Virus record (IMG/VR): IMGVR_UViG_3300029576_000011
Direction: 5' to 3' (one strand)
Source: a virus
Length of the DNA: 43,214 nucleotides
Shown piece after piece: positions 16,747-26,127 of this stretch; the first letter of the stretch is position 1; every line of letters begins with the position of its first letter. Below the pieces are notes generated by a model. The model was not told where the DNA came from and searched no databases. It saw only the letters and a program-made list of their open reading frames with translations. The position numbers were made by a program, and so were the translations under genes.

Positions 16747-18228
16747 ATGGGAGCCTTTGACAAAATCATGGCCGCCATTTCCCCACGCCGCGCCTGTGAG
16801 CGCGAGGCGTGGCGGCAGCAGCTGGAGATCCTGCGCGGATATGACGCCGCAGGGTATGGACGCCTAAATGCCGGGTGGCGGGTACACAACGAAAGCGCGG
16901 AGGTCACGGACCGTTTTAGCCGTGACGTGGTACGCGCCCGCGCCCGTGACCTGGAGCGCAACAGTGATATTGCCCAGTCTATCCTCCACGCATACAAGCG
17001 CAACGTGGTGGGCAAGGGCTACACCCTCCAGGCGAAAACCGGCAACGACGAACTGGACGAAAAGCTGGAAAAGGCATGGCGCCAATGGTGCAAGGCCAGG
17101 AACTGCGACGTTACCGGCGAACAGAGTTTCAACCAAATGCTGCGTATGGCGGTAGACCGCAAAAAGGTGGACGGCGGCCTGCTGTTCCTTTACCGCTACA
17201 CCAAGCAGGGGCTGGTCCCGTTCCAGCTGCAGGCCATTGAGGTGGACGAACTGGACGTGACCGCCAGCAAGCCGAAGCACCAGGGAAACCGCGTCGTGGG
17301 CGGAATTGAATACAACCAATGGCGCAGGCCGGTGGGCTACTGGATCAATCAATACGACATTGAGGGCTGGAGCCTGAACGACCCCGTTTACGTCGAGGCC
17401 AAGGACGTATATTTTTACAAATCCAAGAAGCGGCCCAGCCAGCTGCGCGAAATGTCCGACATGGCCCCCACGATCACCAGAGTGCGCGACACGAACGAGT
17501 TTATAACCGCCGTTTCCGTCAAGGAGCGGATCGCGGCCTGCCTGGCTGTGTTCATCAAGCGGGCAATCCCGGCGGGCGGTTTTGGCCGCGGCGGCACCAG
17601 AACGCCGGACGGCGGAATGGACTATGAGGGCAAGAAACTGGCCCCCGGCATGATCCAGAGCCTGGGCGCCGGTGACGAAATCCAGGTGGTGGATCCGAAA
17701 GGTTCCGGCAGCGACGCAGCCGGGTTCCTGAAAACCCAGCAGGGGCTAATTGCCGCAGGCCAGGGCTTGAGTTATGAGGCCGTCAGCCGCGACATGAGCG
17801 GGGCCACCTATTCCTCCGCACGGCAAAATGCCATTGAGGACGAAAACACATACACCGAGGACGTGGAACTGCTAACAGATTTCATGTCGGAGGTGTACGA
17901 AACCTTTGTTATATCCTGTTATCTCTCCGGGCTGGTTGATATGCCCGGCTTTTGGGATAAAAAGGCGGAATACCTTTCCCACACCTGGACGAAAGCCCCC
18001 AAGAAGTGGATCGACCCGGCAAAGGAAAGCACCGCCGGAAAAACCGCCCTGCAATCCGGGCAAAAGACGTTTCAGGACGTTTGCGCGGAACAGGGCAAGG
18101 ACTGGAAAGAGGCTGTCAATGAAATGGCCGAGGTCCTGGAATATGGCCGATCCGTCGGCGTCGAGTTAGGAGGTGTAATTTTTGGAAATGGAACGACAGC
18201 AGCACAGCAGAACACCGCAGGCAAATGA
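16747..18228 (+). CDS. portal protein, lambda family
   Basis: 493 aa; position after terL/gpW; sequence resembles lambda gpB-type portals. Confidence 0.85.
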   Translation: MGAFDKIMAAISPRRACEREAWRQQLEILRGYDAAGYGRLNAGWRVHNESAEVTDRFSRDVVRARARDLERNSDIAQSILHAYKRNVVGKGYTLQAKTGNDELDEKLEKAWRQWCKARNCDVTGEQSFNQMLRMAVDRKKVDGGLLFLYRYTKQGLVPFQLQAIEVDELDVTASKPKHQGNRVVGGIEYNQWRRPVGYWINQYDIEGWSLNDPVYVEAKDVYFYKSKKRPSQLREMSDMAPTITRVRDTNEFITAVSVKERIAACLAVFIKRAIPAGGFGRGGTRTPDGGMDYEGKKLAPGMIQSLGAGDEIQVVDPKGSGSDAAGFLKTQQGLIAAGQGLSYEAVSRDMSGATYSSARQNAIEDENTYTEDVELLTDFMSEVYETFVISCYLSGLVDMPGFWDKKAEYLSHTWTKAPKKWIDPAKESTAGKTALQSGQKTFQDVCAEQGKDWKEAVNEMAEVLEYGRSVGVELGGVIFGNGTTAAQQNTAGK

Positions 18229-18823
18229 CCCCAAGAGGGACAGAAACAGCGGGCAGCGAAGCATGGGCCACATTGAGGCCAACAGCCGCGCAGAGGGCCA
18301 GGAGGACAGCCGCAGGCGCACAATCAGCTTTTCCAGCGAGGAGCCATACCGCCGTTGGTTTGGTATGGAAATCCTGGATCACGCGGAGAACGCGCTGGAT
18401 CTCTCCCGCCTGAACGACGTGGGCGTTTTGCTTTTCAACCACGACACCGACAAGGTGGTGGGAAAAGTGATCCGCGCATGGGTGGAGAACCACCGCGGCA
18501 TGGCCGAAGTGGAGTTCGACACGGACGACGACGCCGAAAAGATTTTCGGCAAAGTCAAATCCGGCACCCTGAAAACCACGTCCGTGCGTTACAGCGTGGA
18601 CAGCTGGGAGGAGGTGGTGGCTGGTAAGACCTCCGCGGACGGACGTTTTACAGGCCCCTGCCAGATCGCCCGCAAATGGACGCCGCTGGAGGTGTCCATT
18701 GTTTCCGTGCCGGCGGACGCCACCGTGGGCGTGGGCAGAGCCGACGACCCGGAGCAGGCGACGGCCAAGGACCTTTCTGTTTATGAAAAGCAGATCCAGA
18801 TCAACAAAAATCTTTATCATTGA
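18182..18823 (+). CDS. prohead (head maturation) protease, HK97/S78-like
   Basis: Located between portal and capsid; VLLFNHDTDKVVGKV and TSVRYSV motifs are typical of prohead proteases. The start is uncertain (TTG 18182, ATG 18188 or ATG 18263). Confidence 0.7.
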   Translation: MEMERQQHSRTPQANDPKRDRNSGQRSMGHIEANSRAEGQEDSRRRTISFSSEEPYRRWFGMEILDHAENALDLSRLNDVGVLLFNHDTDKVVGKVIRAWVENHRGMAEVEFDTDDDAEKIFGKVKSGTLKTTSVRYSVDSWEEVVAGKTSADGRFTGPCQIARKWTPLEVSIVSVPADATVGVGRADDPEQATAKDLSVYEKQIQINKNLYH

Positions 18824-18838
18824 GGAGGCAAAACAACC

Positions 18839-20386
18839 ATGACCATTCAGGAAATGATCGCCAGTCAGCAGGCTATTGTGAGCGGCGCCCGCGCCGCTGG
18901 CCGTGACCTGACGGCAGAGGAAAGAGCAGAGTTTGACGGCCTGCAGCGCCAGATCGACGCAGCGGGCAGCCCCGCCCAGGGCGCAGAGGGCCAGGGCGGT
19001 GAGGATCCCACCGGCGGCGCCCGCGGCATGGACAACGGCAACGGCCAGCAGGGCACAGACCCCACCGAGGCAGCCCGCCAGGCCGTCGCCACGGAGCGCC
19101 AGCGCGTGAGCGACATTACCGCGCTGTGCCGCCAGGCAGGCATGGATCCCGCGGAGTATATCAGCAACGGCGCCACCATGGACACCGTAAGACAGGCGGC
19201 GGTGGACTACCTGCTGGCACACGGCGCCCCTGTTTCCAGCCGCATGAACGGCGACGAGGGCGACAACTTCCGCCAGGCAGCTGTGGACGCCATGCTGCTG
19301 CGGGCCGGTGTGAATGTCCAGAACCCCGCCAATGGTGCGGAGGAAATGCGCGGCTACTCCCTGCGCGATCTGGCCATTGAGTGCATGGCTCGCGACGGCG
19401 TGGGCACCACCACCTCCCTGCTGCGTATGAGCAAGGACGACCTGTGGAACGAGGCTTGCCGCCAGTTCTTCAACCCCACCGCGGCGTTTCCCGCGATCCT
19501 GGACAACGCGATCCGCAAGAACATTGTCCAGATGTACCAGGAGATCCCCACCACGTTCCAGCTGTGGACCACCAAGGGCAGCGTGAGCGACTTTAAGCCC
19601 ACCAAGGATCACAGCTATCTGGCCGGCGGCGCCGGTGAGTTCCTGCGCGTCGGTGAAAACGGCGAACTGAAAGCCGACACCCCCAAGACGGAACTGCTTC
19701 CCCAGCGCCAGATCGACACCTTTGGCCGCCAGTTCAGCATGACCCGCCAGGCGTTTATCAACGACGACGTGGGTTTCATCGCCGAAATGCCCGGCCTTTA
19801 CGCCATGAGCGCCAAGCGCACGATCAACAAGCAGGTTTACAAGATCCTGATCGACAACCCCGCCATTTTCGACGGCGTTTCCCTGTTCGACAACGCCCAC
19901 AACAACCTGATTGCCAGCGGCGCAGCACCGTCCATTGACACCCTGCAGGCCGCCATGCTGAAACTGCTGCACCAGAAAGATCCGTTCGGTGACTCCATCA
20001 TGGTGGAACCCAAGTATGTGATCGTCCCCGTGGGCTACGGCTTTAAGCTGGCGCAGATCCTGGAAACCGCGCAGATCGACGTGACCGGGATCGGCAGCCA
20101 CACCGCAAACGCCCTGTACCAGTACCGCAACAAGCTGCAGGTTATTGAGGAGGGCGCCCTGAACGTCCTGGCCGGTGACGGCAACGCGATCCCCTGGTTT
20201 GTCGCCGGCGATCAGCGTTACGCCAAGAGCCTGCAGGTTGATTACCTGAACGGCCAGGAAACCCCCACCATTCGCCGCAGCGAGGTTCCGGGCCGCCTGG
20301 GCTTTGTGTGGGACATTTGGCTGGACTGGGGCATTACTGCGGTTGACTTCCGCGGTATCGCCAAGAACCCCGGCACGACTATTTAA
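18839..20386 (+). CDS. major capsid protein with N-terminal scaffold-like domain
   Basis: 515 aa directly after the protease; coiled/low-complexity N-terminal ~140 aa, then a capsid-like body; strong GAGGAGG RBS. Confidence 0.75.
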   Translation: MTIQEMIASQQAIVSGARAAGRDLTAEERAEFDGLQRQIDAAGSPAQGAEGQGGEDPTGGARGMDNGNGQQGTDPTEAARQAVATERQRVSDITALCRQAGMDPAEYISNGATMDTVRQAAVDYLLAHGAPVSSRMNGDEGDNFRQAAVDAMLLRAGVNVQNPANGAEEMRGYSLRDLAIECMARDGVGTTTSLLRMSKDDLWNEACRQFFNPTAAFPAILDNAIRKNIVQMYQEIPTTFQLWTTKGSVSDFKPTKDHSYLAGGAGEFLRVGENGELKADTPKTELLPQRQIDTFGRQFSMTRQAFINDDVGFIAEMPGLYAMSAKRTINKQVYKILIDNPAIFDGVSLFDNAHNNLIASGAAPSIDTLQAAMLKLLHQKDPFGDSIMVEPKYVIVPVGYGFKLAQILETAQIDVTGIGSHTANALYQYRNKLQVIEEGALNVLAGDGNAIPWFVAGDQRYAKSLQVDYLNGQETPTIRRSEVPGRLGFVWDIWLDWGITAVDFRGIAKNPGTTI

Positions 20387-20402
20387 CAGGAGGTAAGAGA
20401 AC

Positions 20403-20726
20403 ATGACCGCAAAATACTGGCAGAAAGGCGAGGTGCTGGACTACAAGGCCAGCGCCGCAGTTAAAAACGGCGAAGTGGTGAGCCTGGGAACCAGGATCGG
20501 CGTGGCTGGTGAAGATATTGCCGCCGGCGAAACCGGCCACCTCCATGTGGTGGGCGTCTTTGAGATGGAAAAGGCCACCGGCGACGTTACCATGGGCGCC
20601 GCGCTTTATTACAGCGCAACGGACAAGAAGATTACCACCACGGCCTCCGGGAATGTGCCGGCGGGTTACGCTGCCGCCCCTGCGGCCAGCGCAGACGAAA
20701 CCGTACTGGTGAAGCTGCTGGGCTAA
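20403..20726 (+). CDS. DUF2190-like head decoration/cement protein
   Basis: 107-aa beta-rich protein directly after the capsid gene (GEVVSLGTRIGVAGEDIAAGETGHLHVVGVFE). Confidence 0.55.
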   Translation: MTAKYWQKGEVLDYKASAAVKNGEVVSLGTRIGVAGEDIAAGETGHLHVVGVFEMEKATGDVTMGAALYYSATDKKITTTASGNVPAGYAAAPAASADETVLVKLLG

Positions 20727-20745
20727 GAGCCGGGAGGAAAGGAAC

Positions 20746-21249
20746 ATGAAGCGACTGACAGCACAACGCCCGATCCTGTACGGCGGGCGTATGTATCAGG
20801 CGGGCGACACACTCCCCGCCTATGACAAGCGCATGGTGCAGGCGTGGCTTTCTGCTGAAAGCGCCAAAATGACCGACGACGCGACGGAGGAGGCCACAAT
20901 GCCCCAGCAGGACGCTGACGGCGGCCAGGACGGCACCGAGAACGCCGACACCACCCAGGACACCCAGGAGGCTGCGGACGCCGCAGAGGGCGCCCAGGAG
21001 AGCCAGGAGAACCACAACGGAAACCATAGCGGTGACAACACCGACATGGTGGAGGGCCGCCTGGATCCCGCACAGCTGGAGGAAATGAACAAGGACGACC
21101 TGAAAAAGCTGGCCAAGGACATGGGCGTGGATCTCCCGCGCGGCGCTGCCAAGGCGCTGATCGTGGAGCGCCTGGCGGCGGCTATCGTCCAGACCCCTGC
21201 GGCGGCCATTGTGCCGCCTGCTGTGGATAACGGCGGGGGTGCCCAGTAA
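20746..21249 (+). CDS. hypothetical head-associated protein with acidic low-complexity centre and Rho_N/SAP-like C-terminal helix-hairpin
   Basis: LEEMNKDDLKKLAKDMGVDLPRGAAKALIVERL resembles the Rho N-terminal-type motif; D/E/Q/T-rich region. Confidence 0.5.
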   Translation: MKRLTAQRPILYGGRMYQAGDTLPAYDKRMVQAWLSAESAKMTDDATEEATMPQQDADGGQDGTENADTTQDTQEAADAAEGAQESQENHNGNHSGDNTDMVEGRLDPAQLEEMNKDDLKKLAKDMGVDLPRGAAKALIVERLAAAIVQTPAAAIVPPAVDNGGGAQ

Positions 21250-21587
21250 TGGGCGCCCCTACGTTCAAGGAACAGATCACGGCGGACATTTCCACCACAT
21301 TCCTGAACTGTCTGGAGTTCGCGGACAGTCACACGGTCAACGGCAAGAAAATGGCCGCGGTGGTGGACGACAACGAACTGCTGGAGCGGGACAAGGCCAA
21401 GATCATGGCCGCACAGACGGAGGGCACATACAAGGCCCGGCGCCTGGTTTATGTGGCAAAGGCTGATTTTGGCCCACGCCCCGCCCAGGGCGTCGTGTTG
21501 ACGCTGGACGGCAAGGCGTACAAGGTGAAAACCTGCACCGAGGAGGCCGGAGTGCTGGCCATTGAACTGGAGGCGGTGAGATCGTGA
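21249..21587 (+). CDS. putative head-tail connector/adaptor protein
   Basis: 112 aa; called by position between head and tail genes; TAATG overlap. Confidence 0.4.
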   Translation: MGAPTFKEQITADISTTFLNCLEFADSHTVNGKKMAAVVDDNELLERDKAKIMAAQTEGTYKARRLVYVAKADFGPRPAQGVVLTLDGKAYKVKTCTEEAGVLAIELEAVRS

Positions 21588-22282
21588 GCGATATGCTTAT
21601 TCGGATTGACACCGAAAAAGCGATTGCCGATATTGAGGCGCGGCTGGGTATGCTGTATGAAAAGGCCCCGGACGTTATGCGGAAATCTCTGAATGACACC
21701 GCAAAAAAGACGGGGCGCGAATTGGCAAAGCTGGCACAAGAGCGTTACCAGATCAAAACGATCAAATTCGCCAAGGAGTTCAAATACACCTATGCGTCCA
21801 AAAGCCGCCTGGAGGCCGTGCTGACCTCCTCCGGTGAAATGCTGGCGGCGTCCAAGTTCAAAATATCCCCTACAAAACCGAGTACCAGCAAAGAGGGCAG
21901 CCCGCCGGTAAAGCTGGCTGTGCTTGCGTCGGAAAGCCCCCAAACGATCACCAACAGCCGCGGCCTGACCGCATTTCTGGCAGAATACCAGTCCGGTCAT
22001 TTGGCCGTTGTCCAGCGGAAGCCATACGGTTCCCGGACAGAGTACACAGAACGGGGCTGGCGGGAGCGCGAACAGCGCAACCATGTGTTTAAGGAACTGA
22101 CCGGCAAGCTGGACAAGACCAGGATCCGCGAGTTTTACGGCCCCAGCGTTCCGGTCATGCTGCGGGAAACAGGTATTGCAGAGCAGTTCATTGAAACGAC
22201 GGAGCCAAAGATCCACCAGTATCTGGCCGACGCTATAACCACCCACATCAACAGAGAACTGTACTTTGCAGAGAAAAAATAA
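21584..22282 (+). CDS. putative head-tail/tail completion protein (gpZ-like position)
   Basis: 232 aa; last + strand gene of the head module; start uncertain (GTG 21584 or ATG 21593). Confidence 0.4.
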   Translation: MSDMLIRIDTEKAIADIEARLGMLYEKAPDVMRKSLNDTAKKTGRELAKLAQERYQIKTIKFAKEFKYTYASKSRLEAVLTSSGEMLAASKFKISPTKPSTSKEGSPPVKLAVLASESPQTITNSRGLTAFLAEYQSGHLAVVQRKPYGSRTEYTERGWREREQRNHVFKELTGKLDKTRIREFYGPSVPVMLRETGIAEQFIETTEPKIHQYLADAITTHINRELYFAEKK

Positions 22283-22307
22283 CAGCGGCCCATGTCCGGG
22301 CCGCTGT
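22272..22307 (-). terminator. Rho-independent terminator between convergent genes (best on the minus strand)
   Basis: ACAGCGGCCC (22282-22291) / GGGCCGCTGT (22298-22307), 6-nt loop; the A-run at 22274-22279 gives a U-tract for the minus-strand transcript. Confidence 0.65.
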
Positions 22308-22313
22308 GGGAAA

Positions 22314-22736
22314 TTAGTTGGTTCCAACGATCTGCATATCATGGACAGCAATTATTTGAACGTCCGAAATGTTCAGATTGTCCAGCTTCAAAATGTCCGC
22401 CTCCATGCCGCTGATAATGTCGGCGGCGTCCTCCGTGTCAACGTCGATCTGCAAAGAAACGATAAAGCCGGAGCCATCGGAAGCGGTGAGAATATCGCAA
22501 GAATAGCTTTGCCCGCGGTATTCGTCAGGCACAAGAGCCTCTACCGCGGATTGCACGTCCTCTGCGGTAACAACAACGTCGGAACTGGGCTGTGGTTCCT
22601 CCTCTGTAACGTCATTGTCCGACGCGGAAGAGTTGGAGGCGCTGGGCGCTGGCCCGTCGGTGCTTGTGACCCAGCCGCAGGCGGTTAAGGACGTTACAAG
22701 GAGCAAGGTACAGAGCAAGACAGCAAACGGTTTCAT
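22314..22736 (-). CDS. secreted lipoprotein (moron)
   Basis: Signal peptide plus lipobox MKPFAVLLCTLLLVTSLTAC|G; the only minus-strand gene in the structural region; visibly more AT-rich; own promoter and terminator. Confidence 0.75.
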   Translation of the reverse strand: MKPFAVLLCTLLLVTSLTACGWVTSTDGPAPSASNSSASDNDVTEEEPQPSSDVVVTAEDVQSAVEALVPDEYRGQSYSCDILTASDGSGFIVSLQIDVDTEDAADIISGMEADILKLDNLNISDVQIIAVHDMQIVGTN

Positions 22737-22776
22737 ATTCGGTTATCCCCTTTCTGTGGACGCATTATGCGGCGCT

Positions 22777-22813
22777 GTGCTGATTATTACCACATTATGC
22801 TGATTATTACCAC
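22777..22813. promoter_or_regulatory. two tandem 17-bp operator-like repeats (20-bp period)
   Basis: GTGCTGATTATTACCAC (22777-22793) and ATGCTGATTATTACCAC (22797-22813). They overlap the predicted start site and leader of the moron promoter; a near-identical 17-mer lies at 41628-41644. Confidence 0.55.
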
Positions 22814-22820
22814 ACCCGCA

Positions 22821-22849
22821 ATTATAAGTGACAAACAGAAACAAGTCAA
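22821..22849 (-). promoter_or_regulatory. near-consensus sigma-70-type promoter for the lipoprotein moron
   Basis: On the minus strand: TTGACT (22849-22844), 17-nt spacer, TATAAT (22826-22821). Confidence 0.65.
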
Positions 22850-22863
22850 GGAGGCGCAATCGC

Positions 22864-23346
22864 ATGACACAAGAGTTTTTGCAGGACGCCATTGTGGAGG
22901 ATCTGGAGCAGCTTTTTTCCCACTACACCCTGACCAATTCCCTGGGCGTTAACCGCAAAATACAGGTATTTTCGCAGTTTCTCCCTTTCCGGGAGGGCGA
23001 CGACGAAGAAACCGACGCGGAAGCGCCGCCGGAACCCTATGTGCTGGTGAAAATGCCAAGCGGAGAACTGCCGGAGCAGGACGCACAGCAAAACGTTGAC
23101 GTAAAACTGATCGTTTGCGTGTGCGACCCAGCCCTGAACCGGCAGGGCTACCGCGACGCGCTCCACGTTGTAAACGAGATCGTGAGGCATTACGCACGGG
23201 ACGGGATCGTGGCAAACCGCTATGAAGCGCAGCACCCGATCCGGTGGGCCGTTCAGGAAGAAGCTGAAACACACCCGTATTATTTCGCCGCCGTGGGGCT
23301 GACTTTCCACGCGCCGGCGATTTTCAAGGAGGTGCCAGAAACATAA
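22864..23346 (+). CDS. putative tail terminator / tail completion protein
   Basis: 160 aa, first gene of the tail module upstream of the sheath gene; AAGGAGG RBS. Confidence 0.45.
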   Translation: MTQEFLQDAIVEDLEQLFSHYTLTNSLGVNRKIQVFSQFLPFREGDDEETDAEAPPEPYVLVKMPSGELPEQDAQQNVDVKLIVCVCDPALNRQGYRDALHVVNEIVRHYARDGIVANRYEAQHPIRWAVQEEAETHPYYFAAVGLTFHAPAIFKEVPET

Positions 23347-23597
23347 TGGCGAAACCCAAAAAGGCCGAACAGGCCACCACCGTGGTTTACTGCGGCCCGT
23401 CCATTCCGGGCGTGGCGAAGCAGTACACCGCATACACCAACGGGATCCCCACCGCGCTGGCGGAGGCTATCGTGAAACAGCCGGCCATGGAGGGCCTGGT
23501 GGTGCCCCTGGAGCAGTTACCGGAGGCCATGAAGAACCTGCGGAGCGGCACGGGGCATATTTCCCGCCTGTATCGTCTGGTACAGGTCAAACACTAA
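23346..23597 (+). CDS. hypothetical protein (83 aa)
   Basis: TAATG overlap with the upstream gene; lies between the tail completion and sheath genes. Confidence 0.5.
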   Translation: MAKPKKAEQATTVVYCGPSIPGVAKQYTAYTNGIPTALAEAIVKQPAMEGLVVPLEQLPEAMKNLRSGTGHISRLYRLVQVKH

Positions 23598-23614
23598 ACA
23601 GGAGGTAGAACATC

Positions 23615-25075
23615 ATGGCATACAAACACGGTGTATATAACACCGAGCAGGCCACCAGCCTGACCGTACCCATTCAGGGCAGCGCTGGCCTGCAGGTCAT
23701 TTTCGGCACGGCGCCCATTCACCTGGCGAAAGACCCCGCGGCGGCGGTCAACACCCCCAAGCTGGTTTACAGCTACAAGGAGGCTGTGGAGGCCGTCGGC
23801 TATTCGGACGATTTCGAGAACTTCACCCTTTGCCAGAGCATTAGCGCCTGTTTCCAGGTTTTCAACGTTGCGCCCATTATCCTGGTGAACGTGCTGGATC
23901 CCAATAAGGCGGCCCACGTCACGCAGAACCAGGCGGAAAGCTGCGACGTTGTGGACGGCGTGGTGCTGTATGACAAGAAATATGTGCTGCTGAACACCCT
24001 GGCCGTGAAGAACGGCAGCGCCACCCTGGTGGCCGGCAGCGACTACGAGGCGGCACATGAGGACAACGGCAGCGTGGCCATTACGCTGCTTTCCACGGCG
24101 GCCAAGGAGGCCAGCAGCCTGACCGTGAGCAGCACCAGCCTGAAACCCTCCGGCGTGACCGCTGCCGACATTGTGGGCGGCGTGGACGCCTCCACCGGCA
24201 AGGAAACCGGCCTGGAACTGATCCGCCAGATTTACCCCACCCTGGGCATGGTGCCCGGCCTGATCCTGGCACCCGGCTGGAGCCACACCCCCACCGTAGC
24301 GGCAGCCCTCCAGGCCAAGACCGAGAACATCAACGGCAATTTTAATTGCAGTTGCCTTTTGGACATTTCCGCGGACAGCGACGGCGCGGTGGTTTACACC
24401 AGCGTAAAGGGCGCCAAGGAAGCCCTGGGCGCCAGTTCCGCCCATGCGGCGGCCCTGTGGCCCATGGTGGCCGTGGGCGAGAAGAAATATTATTTCTCCG
24501 CCATGTTCGCCGCCCTGACGGCCTACACGGACGCCAACAACGCAGACGTGCCCTACGAAAGCCCGTCCAATAAGGACCTGCGGATCACCGCCACGGTTCT
24601 GAAAGACGGCACCACGGTGGCGCTGGATCAGCAGCAGGCCAACGACGTGCTGAACGCCAACGGCGTCATTACCGCGATCAACGCCAACGGGTTCAAATCC
24701 TGGGGCAACAACACCGCGGCCTATCCCTCCACCACGGATCCGAAAGATCGCTGGTGGGCCGTGCGCCGTTTCTTTGACTGGGACGGAAATAATTTCATTC
24801 AGACTTATTTCCAGAAAGTTGACAAGCCGGGCAATAAGCGCCTGATCCAGTCTATTGTGGACAGCCAGAACATTATCGGCAACGGCTACGTTGCCCGCGA
24901 CTACTGCGCCGGTTACCGCGTGGAGTTCCGCAGCGACGAAAACCCCGTTACCAACCTGCTGGCCGGCCACCTGACCGTACACACCTACCTGGCCCCGTAC
25001 ATTCCCGCGGAATATATCGAAAATATCCGCGAGTATGACGTGGACGCCCTGGAAAGCGCAATCGGAGGTGAATAA
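23615..25075 (+). CDS. contractile tail sheath protein
   Basis: 486 aa; N-terminus MAYKHGVYNTEQATS is typical of sheath proteins; followed by the tube gene. Confidence 0.85.
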   Translation: MAYKHGVYNTEQATSLTVPIQGSAGLQVIFGTAPIHLAKDPAAAVNTPKLVYSYKEAVEAVGYSDDFENFTLCQSISACFQVFNVAPIILVNVLDPNKAAHVTQNQAESCDVVDGVVLYDKKYVLLNTLAVKNGSATLVAGSDYEAAHEDNGSVAITLLSTAAKEASSLTVSSTSLKPSGVTAADIVGGVDASTGKETGLELIRQIYPTLGMVPGLILAPGWSHTPTVAAALQAKTENINGNFNCSCLLDISADSDGAVVYTSVKGAKEALGASSAHAAALWPMVAVGEKKYYFSAMFAALTAYTDANNADVPYESPSNKDLRITATVLKDGTTVALDQQQANDVLNANGVITAINANGFKSWGNNTAAYPSTTDPKDRWWAVRRFFDWDGNNFIQTYFQKVDKPGNKRLIQSIVDSQNIIGNGYVARDYCAGYRVEFRSDENPVTNLLAGHLTVHTYLAPYIPAEYIENIREYDVDALESAIGGE

Positions 25076-25077
25076 AG

Positions 25078-25593
25078 ATGAACACGATCCCCACTAAGAT
25101 CAACCGTTACAACGTCTACAACAAGGGAAACCGCCTGCTGGGTGTCGGTGAGGAAATGACGCTGCCGGACTTTGAGCCGTCCAGCGAAACCGTGACCGGC
25201 GCCGGGATCCTGGGTGAGATCGACGACCCCACCGTGGGCTATTTCAGCAATCAGGAACTGGAAATCCCGTTCCGTCTGTTGGACAAGGAAACCGCCGACA
25301 TGATGGACATGACCAAGGCCGTGCAGCTGGAGATCCGCGGCGCCCAGCAGACCACCAACACCGAGGGCGATATTGAGTTCAGACCCATGCGCGTGGTGGT
25401 TCGTGGCCGCGGCGGCAAGCTGACCACCGGCAAGGTCAAGGCAGGCAGCCCCATGGACACCGCGATCACGCTGACCATTCTTTACATTCTCATTGAGGTG
25501 GACGGCAAGACCGTGGTGGAACTGGACAAGCTGAACGAGGTTTACAAGGTCAACGGCGTGGACGTTCTGGCCAAGATCAAGGAGATGTGCTGA
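25078..25593 (+). CDS. tail tube protein (P2 FII-like)
   Basis: 171 aa directly after the sheath gene; IPTKINRYNVY...GEIDDPTVGYF resembles the FII family. Confidence 0.8.
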   Translation: MNTIPTKINRYNVYNKGNRLLGVGEEMTLPDFEPSSETVTGAGILGEIDDPTVGYFSNQELEIPFRLLDKETADMMDMTKAVQLEIRGAQQTTNTEGDIEFRPMRVVVRGRGGKLTTGKVKAGSPMDTAITLTILYILIEVDGKTVVELDKLNEVYKVNGVDVLAKIKEMC

Positions 25594-25594
25594 C

Positions 25595-25969
25595 ATGAGC
25601 GACGAAAAGAGAATGGACACCGCCCTGCTGGCGGAGAACGACGAAAACACCGCGGCGGAGGAAAACGCCCTGGTTATGAAGCTGGACAAGCCTTTCACCT
25701 TTGAGGGGCAGACGTACACCGAGGTGGACCTGTCCGGCCTGGAGGACACCACGGCGGCAGACCTGCAGGCCGTGGGCCGTTTCGTGACGAAGAAGAACCC
25801 GGCGGCGAACCCCGCAACCGTGGAAATGACGCTGGAATACGCCCAGTTCATGGCGGCCCGCGTCGCCCACCTGCCGCTGGAGTTTTTCGAGCGCCTCCCC
25901 GCAAAGGAGGCCATCAAGCTGAAAGGCATTGTCGTGGGTTTTCTTTACGGCGGGGCTGGGGACAACTAA
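25595..25969 (+). CDS. tail assembly chaperone (short form)
   Basis: 124 aa between the tube and tape measure genes; acidic N-terminus; carries a slippery heptamer near its 3' end. Confidence 0.7.
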   Translation: MSDEKRMDTALLAENDENTAAEENALVMKLDKPFTFEGQTYTEVDLSGLEDTTAADLQAVGRFVTKKNPAANPATVEMTLEYAQFMAARVAHLPLEFFERLPAKEAIKLKGIVVGFLYGGAGDN

Positions 25970-26127
25970 CGCCCGCCGTCATAAACAGGGCCTGCGTCGG
26001 GTTGTCCATACAACTGCGGACAGGGCTGGATTATCTTCTGGCCCTGTCCGTTTCGGACTTGAACGAACTGGCGGACACGGTGACGCAGTACGCAGAGGAG
26101 GTGGCAAAACATGGCCGGCAAAAATAA
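25595..26127 (+). CDS. tail assembly chaperone, -1 frameshift-extended form (~177 aa)
   Basis: After the slip at 25936-25942 the -1 frame reads SLRRGWGQLTPAVINRACVGLSIQLRTGLDYLLALSVSDLNELADTVTQYAEEVAKHGRQK with no stop, ending inside the tape measure start region. Confidence 0.5.
25936..25942 (+). promoter_or_regulatory. candidate -1 programmed frameshift site G GGT TTT
   Basis: X XXY YYZ heptamer in the zero frame of the chaperone ORF. The -1 frame is open from here to TAA at 26125-26127. Confidence 0.5.

Noticed and set aside
18116-20404. 762-aa minus-strand ORF opposite the protease/capsid genes, plus similar long antisense ORFs at 23594-24982, 30622-31884, 39095-40438, 27485-28630, 16026-17015, 8425-9381 and 24985-25929
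   Set aside because: These are shadow ORFs typical of high-GC DNA. They mirror + strand genes that have clear family motifs and RBSs, they lack RBSs, and their translations are Arg/Gly/Ala/Pro-rich low-complexity.
20880-21060. Acidic D/E/Q/T-rich low-complexity coding stretch in the gene at 20746-21249
   Set aside because: Compositional bias within a normal ORF. No nucleotide-level repeat unit was found.
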